Assembly (NCBI GenBank): GCA_963708075.1
Contig: OY970194.1
Span: 6,208,001-6,272,000 of the forward strand
DNA: 64,000 nt
Direction: 5' to 3'
Source of the DNA: Sedimentisphaerales bacterium
GTDB lineage: Bacteria; Planctomycetota; Phycisphaerae; Sedimentisphaerales; Anaerobacaceae
The notes under the pieces are model-generated. The model was not told where the DNA came from. It saw only the letters and a list, made by a program, of their open reading frames with translations, and ran no database searches. The first letter of the stretch is position 1. Each line of letters opens with the position of its first letter. Position numbers and translations under genes: made by a program. Positions 50,870 through 59,643 of the stretch are shown piece after piece.

Positions 50870-51988
50870 GTGCCGGCGAGCCGCAGACTGCATATGAGTT
50901 TCACCGCTGCCTTCCTGCTCCTGATCGGCATTGTAGCGCCGAGCCAGATCCTCTGGGAACTGCGCGACGGAGAGCAGCCGCAGATCGCGGACCTTTTCCG
51001 TCAGACGCCGACCCGGGCGAGTCTCCGCCAGCTTGAAAGCGGGCTGGAGAGCAACTGCCGGCTGGCCCGGATGATTCGTCCGTGGATGCAGTATGCTCGC
51101 TTTGTCCTCCTGGAGGATGCGGGAGACAAGGCTGTGATTGGACGCGGTGCTTGGCTCTTCTACAGGCCCGCTGTGCAGTACCTCACCGAGCCCTGGTCAT
51201 CTTCGGATGATATCTTTGCCGCGATCCTTTCGTTTCGAGACGATCTGGCCAAGCGCGGCATCGAGCTGCTCGTGATGCCTGCGCCGAACAAAGCCAGTAT
51301 CTATCCGGAGATGCTCGCCGCCAGAGCGGCCGGTGTGTCCGAGCCGGTGAATGCGAAGACCAAAGATGTCCTGGCGAGGCTGAAGGAGTCCGGCATTGAG
51401 ATCGTTGATCTGTTCGAGGTCTATGGGAAAGCACGACAGACGGTCGGGAGTCCTGACTATTATCTTGCGCAGGATAGCCACTGGTCGCCGGAGGGAATGC
51501 GGCTGGCGGCCGACGCCGTCGTGCGCAGGCTGCTTGATTCAGGCTGGGTGGAGAAAGGACCGGTCAAGTACGAAACCAGGCCTGTGACTGTCGAGCAATA
51601 CGGCGACGTGCTCCGGATGATGCGCGTGCCGCAGGTCGAGAAGCTCTATGAGCCCGAGCAACTGAGTTGCACGCAAGTGGTCGATCCGGCGACCGGACAG
51701 CCGTACAGGGACGACTCGAACTCCCCGGTGCTCGTCCTTGGGGACAGTTTCCTGCGGATTTTCGAGCGGGACGAGCCCGGCAGCGGCGGCTTCATTGCCC
51801 ACCTGGCCCACAATCTCGGCTTCGGCGTGACCTCCGTCGTCAATGACGGCGGCGCCTCGACCCTCGTCCGCCAGCAGTTGGCGAGCCGGCCCGCTCTGCT
51901 CAAGGGCAAGAAAGTCGTCGTCTGGGAATTCGTCGAGAGGGACATCCGTTTCGGCACCGAAGGCTGGCAGGTCATCCGAGTGCCGTGA
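50870..51988 (+). CDS. AlgJ/AlgX-like SGNH O-acetyltransferase
   Basis: GRGAWLFY, PNKASIYPE, DSHWSPEG, VLVLGDSF, VVVWEFVER; AGGAG before a GTG start. Confidence 0.88.
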   Translation: MPASRRLHMSFTAAFLLLIGIVAPSQILWELRDGEQPQIADLFRQTPTRASLRQLESGLESNCRLARMIRPWMQYARFVLLEDAGDKAVIGRGAWLFYRPAVQYLTEPWSSSDDIFAAILSFRDDLAKRGIELLVMPAPNKASIYPEMLAARAAGVSEPVNAKTKDVLARLKESGIEIVDLFEVYGKARQTVGSPDYYLAQDSHWSPEGMRLAADAVVRRLLDSGWVEKGPVKYETRPVTVEQYGDVLRMMRVPQVEKLYEPEQLSCTQVVDPATGQPYRDDSNSPVLVLGDSFLRIFERDEPGSGGFIAHLAHNLGFGVTSVVNDGGASTLVRQQLASRPALLKGKKVVVWEFVERDIRFGTEGWQVIRVP

Positions 51989-52026
51989 GAACCGCACGGG
52001 ACCACCCCTGTCAAGGTGACAAACTT

Positions 52027-52120
52027 GGGTGGCAGCGGCAAGCGGAGTCTTCGGAGCTTGCCGATGGCATTGATGCAGATCCCACGAGCCATCGGCAAGC
52101 TGCGCTTGCCGCTGCCACCC
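52027..52120. repeat. Nested-hairpin family A, copy 7
   Basis: Arms and 3' flank ATCATAAGTCTTGAATGCATAA shared with copy 1. Confidence 0.9.
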
Positions 52121-52181
52121 ATCATAAGTCTTGAATGCATAATAGCTTACACCCACCTTGACAGCGGTGGACGCATGGGAC

Positions 52182-53378
52182 CTATGTCTGTACGCGGAGC
52201 GAGTGGTACTGTGCGATTACCTGCTGTCCGAAGTCACTGGCTGGGTCAATGCCTGATACTTGTCTAAGCGTCTCCTCCACGCCTGTCTGCCGGATCATGG
52301 TTTGCAGACGCACGGCATGGGGATCGTCGGGGCATTCATAGCACAGGGCGGCGGCGCAGATCGTGGCGATGTGGTCGGGCGCGACACCCTGGGACCGGCA
52401 TAGCTCTGCGGCCCCGATGATGCGATCATCCCGGCCGAGCTTTCGGATCGGGTCCCTGGCGACCCTCGTGATGGCGTCCTTCAGGAGCGGGTTGCCGAAA
52501 CGCACGCGGACGTCCTTGCGAATCACCATGTGCTCGCGCCGATCGAGATCGGCCGGGTAGCGCCGCAGCAGTGCCTCTGTTGTCTTATCGAGGGCCCCAT
52601 CGAAGACCGACCGCACGAAATCATCGTCGAATGTCTCGTGGATATAGGTATGGCCTCTCAGATACCCGAGATAGGCCAGGCCGGCATGAGCGACGTTGTG
52701 TGTGAAGATTTTGCGTTCCACCTCGGCCTTGAAATTGCTCACCGGATGGAAGCCCTGGACGGCGGGTCTGCCGGCACGAGTGGCTTTGCCGTCGTAAGGG
52801 ACATCGCGATGCGTGTCCGCGACAACCAGGAGCGGATCATCCTCCGGCGACCGCACCCCGGAACCACCCACGATTCCTGCGAAGCTCGTGCCCACGAAGC
52901 CGACATTGTCCTGTGCCCATGTCCTCGCGGGACCGTCAAGCAGGCTGATCACCTTTTGTGAGAGCATCGCCGCGGCGCCGAGCATGTTCTCGCAGAGGTA
53001 TACGTCGAGCGGTCCCGCCTTGCGTTCGAATCGGCAACGGATGCCCATCGCCAGCAACGGTGAAACGGCGTGCAGATTGACCATGCCCACAGCGGTGGCG
53101 ACAATCCGGGCATTTGCGATTGCCTCTGCGATCGCTGCTTCCTGGCTCGTGTGCAGAGTCTTGAAACCGCTGACGATCAGTTCGCGGACACTCCTGGAGT
53201 ACGGGTCCAGCAGGCGCAGCGGATAGCTGCCACGCCTGTTGAGCTGTTCCACGAGGAACGTGTTGGCGCGGATGAAGACGGTATCAAAACCGTTTTCTTG
53301 AAAGAGTTGGCCCATGAGCCCGCGGCCGATATTGCCCGCCCCAAATTGAACTGCCAAGTTGCCGTTATTGCTCTTCAT
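52182..53378 (-). CDS. mtlD: Mannitol-1-phosphate 5-dehydrogenase family protein
   Basis: AVQFGAGNIGRG, TAVG, LCEN, ERKIFTHN, RFGNPLLKD...RVARDPIRKL. Confidence 0.85.
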   Translation of the reverse strand: MKSNNGNLAVQFGAGNIGRGLMGQLFQENGFDTVFIRANTFLVEQLNRRGSYPLRLLDPYSRSVRELIVSGFKTLHTSQEAAIAEAIANARIVATAVGMVNLHAVSPLLAMGIRCRFERKAGPLDVYLCENMLGAAAMLSQKVISLLDGPARTWAQDNVGFVGTSFAGIVGGSGVRSPEDDPLLVVADTHRDVPYDGKATRAGRPAVQGFHPVSNFKAEVERKIFTHNVAHAGLAYLGYLRGHTYIHETFDDDFVRSVFDGALDKTTEALLRRYPADLDRREHMVIRKDVRVRFGNPLLKDAITRVARDPIRKLGRDDRIIGAAELCRSQGVAPDHIATICAAALCYECPDDPHAVRLQTMIRQTGVEETLRQVSGIDPASDFGQQVIAQYHSLRVQT

Positions 53379-53472
53379 TGAAGGCGCGATTATATCACGG
53401 CCTGCTCATATCACCAGCCTCAGCCGCAATCCGTATGAGAGATGGTTGACGGAAGATGAACGGGCCGGGAGA

Positions 53473-53970
53473 ATGTCGCGGCAGATGCAGGATCAGAAGA
53501 AGAATGTCAGCATATACACGGATGGCGGCTGCCTGGGCAACCCCGGACCGGGGGGCTATGGCGTTGTGCTGCGCTATGGCGAGCATGAGAAACGCCTCAG
53601 CGGCGGGTTTCGGCAGACTACGAATAACCGTATGGAGATCATGGGGGCCATCGCGGGCCTGGAGGCCCTCAAGAGTCCCTGCTCGGTCACGTTGTACAGC
53701 GACTCCAAGTACCTGGTCGATGCGATGCGCCTCGGCTGGGTGCAGCGGTGGAAGGCGAACGGGTGGCGCCGGAACAAGAAGGACAAGGCCGTCAACGTGG
53801 ACCTGTGGGAGCGGCTATTGGAGGCATGCGAACGTCACGCCGTGTCCTTCGTCTGGATTGAGGGCCACGCCGGCCATCAGTGGAACGAAGTATGCGATGT
53901 CCTGTCGAAACAAGCCGCCGCCGGCCGGGACTTGCCAATCGACGAAGGCTACGAACATCTCCTGCCCTGA
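53473..53970 (+). CDS. rnhA: Ribonuclease HI
   Basis: IYTDGGCLGNPGPGG, TTNNRME, SDSKY, NVDLW, GHAGHQWNEVCD. Confidence 0.96.
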   Translation: MSRQMQDQKKNVSIYTDGGCLGNPGPGGYGVVLRYGEHEKRLSGGFRQTTNNRMEIMGAIAGLEALKSPCSVTLYSDSKYLVDAMRLGWVQRWKANGWRRNKKDKAVNVDLWERLLEACERHAVSFVWIEGHAGHQWNEVCDVLSKQAAAGRDLPIDEGYEHLLP

Positions 53971-54089
53971 CGGCCTCGTACGTGTTTCGCGTGGGGCCTC
54001 CCATTCGCGGCGTTCATTGCCGACAGTCCAATCTCAAGGACTTGAGACGTTGCCAAACTCGTTGGGTTCGTCCCAAGTTGTTGAGTTTT

Positions 54090-54170
54090 GGGTGGCAGCG
54101 TCAAGCGCAGCTTGGCGATGGTCTTGCCCATTCGCCATCGCCAAGGCCTTCGGCCTTGACGATGCCACCC
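54090..54170. repeat. Family A, copy 8 (covariant subtype), bracketed by a direct repeat
   Basis: ATCTCAAGGA.TTG.GACG..GCCAAACTCGTT near 54031 and 54196. Confidence 0.8.
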
Positions 54171-54433
54171 GACTGCGCAGCTTGCACAGGCTCGATCTCA
54201 AGGATTTGGGACGAAGCCAAACTCGTTTGACGATGCTGTCTCGATGGGCCGTGCCAGCCAAGATCATGCCTTCCTGGGCGAAACACGTATACTGTCTCTG
54301 ATAGTCAGGGCATCCGCATCACCACTCGCCCTTGCGCAAATTCTTCTTCCTCCTCTCATTTTTTGTCGCAAGATAGCTCGTGGCGGCACTATATAACGAG
54401 AACGGTAATCTTGAGAGTATGGTGAGGTGTCGA

Positions 54434-54970
54434 ATGGAAAATGATGCTTACTATGTGGAGCGCTGCCTGGATGGCCACCCGGATGATTTCCGCCACCTTG
54501 TCCGGCGGTATCAGCCGGTCCTGCTGGCCCATCTGGCGGGCAAGCTGGGCAGCCGGGACAGTGCCGAAGAGGCCGCCCAGGAAACCCTCGTGCGAGCCTA
54601 CTTCAAAATGAGCAATCTGAAGAAGCCCGAGTCCTTCTTCGCCTGGCTGCTCGGGATCGCCGATCACGTGGCGATGGAGCAGCGACGAAAAGAGCTGATC
54701 CGCCGCAAGCGCGAGTCCGTCCGCGCATTCTGTGAAGAGGCGCCGACACCGGAACTCTCCCAGGATTACGCTCTCGAAGCGGCGGTGGCTGGCCTGCCCG
54801 AGGCGTATCGGACTGTGGTCCTGTTGCGGTATTACGGCGGACTATCGTGCAACGGGATCGCCGAACAGCTCGATATGCCTCTGGGCACGGTCACGAAGAC
54901 GCTATCACGGGCCTACACCTTGCTGCGTGAAAACCTGCAGCAGGGACAGACAGTAAACGAGGTGCAATGA
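54434..54970 (+). CDS. ECF RNA polymerase sigma factor (pair 5)
   Basis: AEEAAQETLVRAY, FFAWLLGIA, LPEAYR, PLGTVTKTLSRA. Confidence 0.92.
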   Translation: MENDAYYVERCLDGHPDDFRHLVRRYQPVLLAHLAGKLGSRDSAEEAAQETLVRAYFKMSNLKKPESFFAWLLGIADHVAMEQRRKELIRRKRESVRAFCEEAPTPELSQDYALEAAVAGLPEAYRTVVLLRYYGGLSCNGIAEQLDMPLGTVTKTLSRAYTLLRENLQQGQTVNEVQ

Positions 54971-56331
54971 TGAACTGCGCAGAATGCAAAGAACTGTTGG
55001 TGGTGCACCTGGAAGGATTGCTCGAAGAATCTCAGGAGCAGGCGGTCCTGGAGCACCTGGGCAAGTGTGAGATGTGCCGGGCGGAGTTGGCGGGGCTGCA
55101 GACCCTACAACAGCGTCTGGTCAACAACGGCAAGGCGCTGGCCCAAAGCGACCTTGAAGACAATGTCATGAACCGAATCATTCGCGAACAGAATGCCAGG
55201 CTCAAGGCGGCCGATCAGGCCTCGGCGGGCCTTCGCATCAGGAGATTGATTATGAAAAGTCCAATCACGAAGTTAGCCATAGCCGCGGCGGTCATCGTTG
55301 TCGCCGCTGTATCCCTTCAATTCCTCGGGGGCGGGCCCGCGGCCTACGCTCTCGAGCAGACAATCAACGCCAATCACAGCGTCCGTTACCTTCACATCAA
55401 GATCCCCAACGCGCAGCCTGAGAACGAGCCGAAAGAACTTTGGATCGCATGCGATGAGAACGGGCAGGTCCAGAGTGTCCGGTTCCAGTCGCCGGAATGG
55501 GCCAGCCCGGAGGACGGCGCCAAGTGGGTGGTGTGGAATCAAGGCATCGCCAAGATCTGGTTCAAACGCAAGAACAGCTTCCTGATCTGCCGGGATGAGA
55601 CGGTACAGAAGTGGATCCTGGATCTGGTGCGCAGCAGCGATCCCCGATACGCCGTCGAGCGTCTCAGCGAGCAGGAGAAGCAGGGCAAGCTGACGCTGGA
55701 TATCCAGCAGCCGAGCGATAAGAGCCAGCCGATCATTATCACGGCGACCTATGTCTCGGACGGCAAGTCGTCCGGCCGGCAAGCGGTCTTTCATGTAGAC
55801 CAGGCCACCAAGCTTGTCACCATCATCGAGTACTACCGCCAGGGGTCCGACGGCCAGTTGACCTTCACCGCCCGGCAGGAGAATTACGACTACAATGTCC
55901 CGATTGCCTCCGAGATGTTCGTCCTCGACGATGAGGTGCCTGCCGGTGCGACGCGCGTCGATCAAGTCAGCCAGGATGTGGGCTTGGCGCAGGGGACTAT
56001 GACGGACGAGCAGGCGGTCGTGGAGACTGTCCGGCAGTTCTTCGAGGCGCTGAAGGCCCGTGATTACGACAAAGCCGGCATGCTGTTGGGAGGGATGCCG
56101 GCCCCGAAGATGGAGGAGTTGTTTGGCGGCATGAAGATCGTAGGAATCGTGTCGATCGGCGAGCCGAAGCCGCAGCCGATTCCCGGTGTCGGCGGGTTTG
56201 TCGTCCCGTGCAAGGTTGAGGTGGAGAATGCCGATGGCAGCAAATCGACCAGGGAATTCCCCGCGGTTGCTGTCCGGCCGGTGGACCGGAACCTGCAGGC
56301 CGACCGGTGGAACATCCACGGCGGCATCTAA
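54967..56331 (+). CDS. zf-HC2 anti-sigma factor with a large periplasmic region (pair 5)
   Basis: MNCAEC...HLGKCEMC, KLAIAAAV TM, AYALEQT; ATGA coupling. Confidence 0.88.
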   Translation: MMNCAECKELLVVHLEGLLEESQEQAVLEHLGKCEMCRAELAGLQTLQQRLVNNGKALAQSDLEDNVMNRIIREQNARLKAADQASAGLRIRRLIMKSPITKLAIAAAVIVVAAVSLQFLGGGPAAYALEQTINANHSVRYLHIKIPNAQPENEPKELWIACDENGQVQSVRFQSPEWASPEDGAKWVVWNQGIAKIWFKRKNSFLICRDETVQKWILDLVRSSDPRYAVERLSEQEKQGKLTLDIQQPSDKSQPIIITATYVSDGKSSGRQAVFHVDQATKLVTIIEYYRQGSDGQLTFTARQENYDYNVPIASEMFVLDDEVPAGATRVDQVSQDVGLAQGTMTDEQAVVETVRQFFEALKARDYDKAGMLLGGMPAPKMEELFGGMKIVGIVSIGEPKPQPIPGVGGFVVPCKVEVENADGSKSTREFPAVAVRPVDRNLQADRWNIHGGI

Positions 56332-56365
56332 CCCAGCACGAATTCTTCACCAATCTGGAAACGAA

Positions 56366-56397
56366 CAAAGGCCAGGCGAGCGGATGCCTGGCCTTTG
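56366..56397 (+). terminator. Putative intrinsic terminator
   Basis: CAAAGGCCAGGC/GCCTGGCCTTTG 12-bp stem. Confidence 0.6.
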
Positions 56398-56500
56398 CCA
56401 TGCGCCCCGTGTTTGACTGATTCTCGTGGGCCGATTTCATTTGCCATGCCGAGTCGCCGCGTCGCTGCCCGGCTGGTGTCGGGAAGAAACGGGGCGGTTT

Positions 56501-56579
56501 GGGTGCCATGCTTACGCTCGCGTAAGCATGCCTTGCCCATCGGGTGGAACATGTCTACGCAAGCGTAGACATGGCACCC
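56501..56579. repeat. Double-hairpin family B, copy 3
   Basis: GGGTGCCATG...CATGGCACCC. Confidence 0.85.
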
Positions 56580-56899
56580 GCCAGTTGGTTTCTTAGGAGC
56601 GAAGCGCAGCGTAATCGAGACATCTGATACCGCAAACGGCGCATTATTCAATCTCAGCCAGATCCCTCGACCGCGCTCGAGACGGCGGATAAAGGCCTGC
56701 TTCGCTGCAAGGTGTAGTCGCACGCCGGGTGGCGGAGCCCGGTCTTTTTGCTGCGCGGGGAGGGTTGCCATGGGTAGAATGCAAAAAAATCGGTTTTTCC
56801 GTTAATGGGGGCGAAATGCAGCCCTCTATAGCCTCAGAGATCTCTGCGGCTGCAGCCGAGCCTTGATTCAAGGAATCGTGTTCGTAAGGAAAGCAACGA

Positions 56900-57397
56900 G
56901 TGTCTGATGCGCGGTTTGAAGAGCTGGTGAATGCTCACGGCCGGGACGTGCTGAACGTCGCCCTGCGGGTCCTCGGCGACCCGGAGACGGCAAAGGACGT
57001 CTACCAGGAGGTCTTTCTGGCCATCTGGCGGCGGTGGCACACCTACAATGGCGCAGTGAATTGGGGTCCGTATCTCTATCGCGTGACCGTCCGCAAGGCG
57101 CTGGAATTGGCCAGGGCACGTGGGCCGGTGGCCGAGGCCCCGGAGGGCTGTGAGCCTGAAAGCCCGGCCTCGGACCCCGATACGAGCCTGAGACTCCAGG
57201 ACCTTCAAACCAAGCTGACGGCGTCTTTGGCGAAGCTGCCGAAGCGACAGGCCAACGTGTTTGTCCTTTCGAGGATCGAAGGCCTGGACCATTCGGCGAT
57301 AGCGGAAACCCTGAGCTGCTCGCAGGACAGCGTTCGCGTGTTGTTGCACCGGGCGGTGAAGCAGTTGGCGCATGAGATGAGCGAGTACCTGAGATAA
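56900..57397 (+). CDS. ECF RNA polymerase sigma factor (pair 6)
   Basis: DVYQEVFLAIWRRW, LPKRQANVF, SVRVLLHRA. Confidence 0.92.
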   Translation: MSDARFEELVNAHGRDVLNVALRVLGDPETAKDVYQEVFLAIWRRWHTYNGAVNWGPYLYRVTVRKALELARARGPVAEAPEGCEPESPASDPDTSLRLQDLQTKLTASLAKLPKRQANVFVLSRIEGLDHSAIAETLSCSQDSVRVLLHRAVKQLAHEMSEYLR

Positions 57398-57412
57398 CTA
57401 CGGCGGTGACTT

Positions 57413-59059
57413 ATGGCTAACCATGAGCATATGAAAGATCAACTCGTGAGCTTCGTGCTCGGTGAACTATCTGAGCAGCAGCGGTCGCAGGTGACCGCAC
57501 ACGTAGCCGAGTGCGGCGAATGTCGCGCGGAGCTGAAGCAGCTTGAGCAGTTGCTGCAATGTGCCGGGCGGCGAAAAGACCTCTCGGCGGACGAATCGCT
57601 GCTGGAGTCGGCCAGGAATGACCTTATGGCGGCGGCGAGCAGCGAACAATCAAGGATCATCGCTCGGCCGGACTTGGGCCGGGCTTTTGAATGGAGAAGA
57701 ATCATGGCAAGCCCAATCATGAAAATGGCCGTGGCGGCGGTTGTTGCCGTTGCGGCGGGACTCTTTGGCGTATCGAAACTCGGCGATCATAAGCTCCCCG
57801 TACGCTTGCGGCTTCTGGCGATAGCCGTTGCGAACGAGGAAAATCTCTTCAAAGGAACAGAGATCATCCACATCCAGAACGAGATCATCGTGGAGCCCGC
57901 TGGTGTTGCGCCGAGTCTCCCCTACGCCTGGCTGCCGATGATGTCGGTGAAACCCGATGGCAGCCTGCGGTTCAACCAACTGAAAATGAACCTTGCGCCG
58001 GAATCGTACGTCGTGACGGATCACTCCTGGTATGACCCGGTGACGGGCCGATTCACCAGGGTGATGAAAGCGGGGGACAGTGTGGTTTTCGCCAACTCCT
58101 ATGACGGCCGCTTCATCTACGATGCGAATGTGACGCCCGATGGTATAACCCAGGTCGGCAAGCAGGCTCTGGCCGCCGGTTTCAAGCCGCCGCAGAGCCC
58201 CACCGAGTACCTCGGGCTGGCCGCCGGCCTGAAAACCGATCTGGCGAAGGATAACTCCATGGTGCAGAAGGTGGAGGAAAGCACTCTCGCCGACGGCGAG
58301 CCGGCTCATGTCTTCACCGTGGGCATGCCCGATCCGAATGGGCAACTGCAAGGCTATTTCCTGTTCAAGGTTCGTGACAAAGATTCGACGATTGCCGAGA
58401 AAGAGTTCGTGCTCCTGGGACGGACGATGTTAGTCATCCGCCGGGTTCTGACCGAGCCGGTGGAGGCGCCGGGAGTCTCCTGGAATCTCGCGGAGATCGA
58501 AGGAACCGCTACGACGAGCGAGAAGGTATCGGTAACGCGGGACATGATCGTGCAGAACGTCTCGATCCAGCACATGGTGGACCGTGCCAAGTTCGAGACC
58601 TACGTCTTCTCGGTCAAGCCCGCGTGGACCGGCGCGATCGAGATCACCGATTGCATCGACCCTGCGAGCATGGGCGGGCGAATGTTCATCATGACCGCTC
58701 GCGCCGATGATGGCCGGCACCTGGTCCTGGTCCAGTCTCCGACGTACAACATGATGATGGGTCGGGTCGTCAAGGCCGGCCAGGTGGTCTATACCTCCGC
58801 GAACGGCTTCAAGGTCTGGGGCGGCGGGCCGCAGAAGTGGTTCTCACAGATTCTGCTCCAAAGCGCCCAGGCCAGCATCAAGGACCCGCCGTCCGAGGAT
58901 CGCATCGGCTATATCCTGGAGTCACCCGCAGGGACATTCCCCGCGTTGGCAATCAACGGTCCGGTCAGCGATGAGGAACTCCACACGCTGGTCGATAGCC
59001 TCATGCCTGCGAAGGACTACCTCAAGGCCGGCCAGGCGACGGATTCGAGCAAGAAGTAA
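57413..59059 (+). CDS. zf-HC2 anti-sigma factor (pair 6)
   Basis: HVAECGEC, KMAVAAVV TM, large periplasmic region. Confidence 0.87.
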   Translation: MANHEHMKDQLVSFVLGELSEQQRSQVTAHVAECGECRAELKQLEQLLQCAGRRKDLSADESLLESARNDLMAAASSEQSRIIARPDLGRAFEWRRIMASPIMKMAVAAVVAVAAGLFGVSKLGDHKLPVRLRLLAIAVANEENLFKGTEIIHIQNEIIVEPAGVAPSLPYAWLPMMSVKPDGSLRFNQLKMNLAPESYVVTDHSWYDPVTGRFTRVMKAGDSVVFANSYDGRFIYDANVTPDGITQVGKQALAAGFKPPQSPTEYLGLAAGLKTDLAKDNSMVQKVEESTLADGEPAHVFTVGMPDPNGQLQGYFLFKVRDKDSTIAEKEFVLLGRTMLVIRRVLTEPVEAPGVSWNLAEIEGTATTSEKVSVTRDMIVQNVSIQHMVDRAKFETYVFSVKPAWTGAIEITDCIDPASMGGRMFIMTARADDGRHLVLVQSPTYNMMMGRVVKAGQVVYTSANGFKVWGGGPQKWFSQILLQSAQASIKDPPSEDRIGYILESPAGTFPALAINGPVSDEELHTLVDSLMPAKDYLKAGQATDSSKK

Positions 59060-59119
59060 CTTCAGAAGCCATGCTCCGCGGCCCAAGTGGACAAGGCTAT
59101 ATTCGAGAAGGAGAAAATC

Positions 59120-59500
59120 ATGAGCGCTGAAAGAGCAAACAACGGCCGCTTCCTCGGGGCGCTTGGATTCCTCGGTTTCCTGGGTTCCCTGGCCTTCACG
59201 GGGACAAGCCATAGCGAGCTGACGCGGCTCGCCTGGGCGTCGCTCCTTTCCCTAATATCACTCGGAGTGTTCATCCCCTTTGATAAGGCCAGGGTGAAAG
59301 TCGCGATCGATCCCGGGAAGAAGAAGTATCTGGGCTTCCTGGGTTTCCTCGGCTTTCTCGGTTTCCTTGGCAATTCCAATCCCGACCTTGCCATCAACGC
59401 TGTGTTCGCAGTCGTGGCGGCAACGGCCGTTCAGTCATGCAAGCCGGCGGCTGGACAGGTTCCTGCTATTGATGCTCATGCAACGGGTCAATCGTTGTAG
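59120..59500 (+). CDS. Small membrane protein with GFL repeats (DUF3796-like)
   Basis: FLGALGFLGFLG and YLGFLGFLGFLGFLG; AGGAG RBS. Confidence 0.65.
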   Translation: MSAERANNGRFLGALGFLGFLGSLAFTGTSHSELTRLAWASLLSLISLGVFIPFDKARVKVAIDPGKKKYLGFLGFLGFLGFLGNSNPDLAINAVFAVVAATAVQSCKPAAGQVPAIDAHATGQSL

Positions 59501-59620
59501 GGTGGGGCTTGCCCCACCATGAACGCCTTATGATGGGTGGCAGCGGCAAGCTCCAAAGACTCCGCTTGCCGCCGCCACCCGTGTCTCTCGCCTTGACAGG
59601 GGTGACAAGCCCCACGCTAC
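59497..59620. repeat. Short family-A hairpin (59535-59580) nested within a GTAG REP doublet
   Basis: GTAGGGTGGGGCTTGCCCCACC ... GGGTGACAAGCCCCACGCTAC flanks. Confidence 0.75.
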
Positions 59621-59643
59621 ATGCTGCGAATCCGGAGGCTTTT

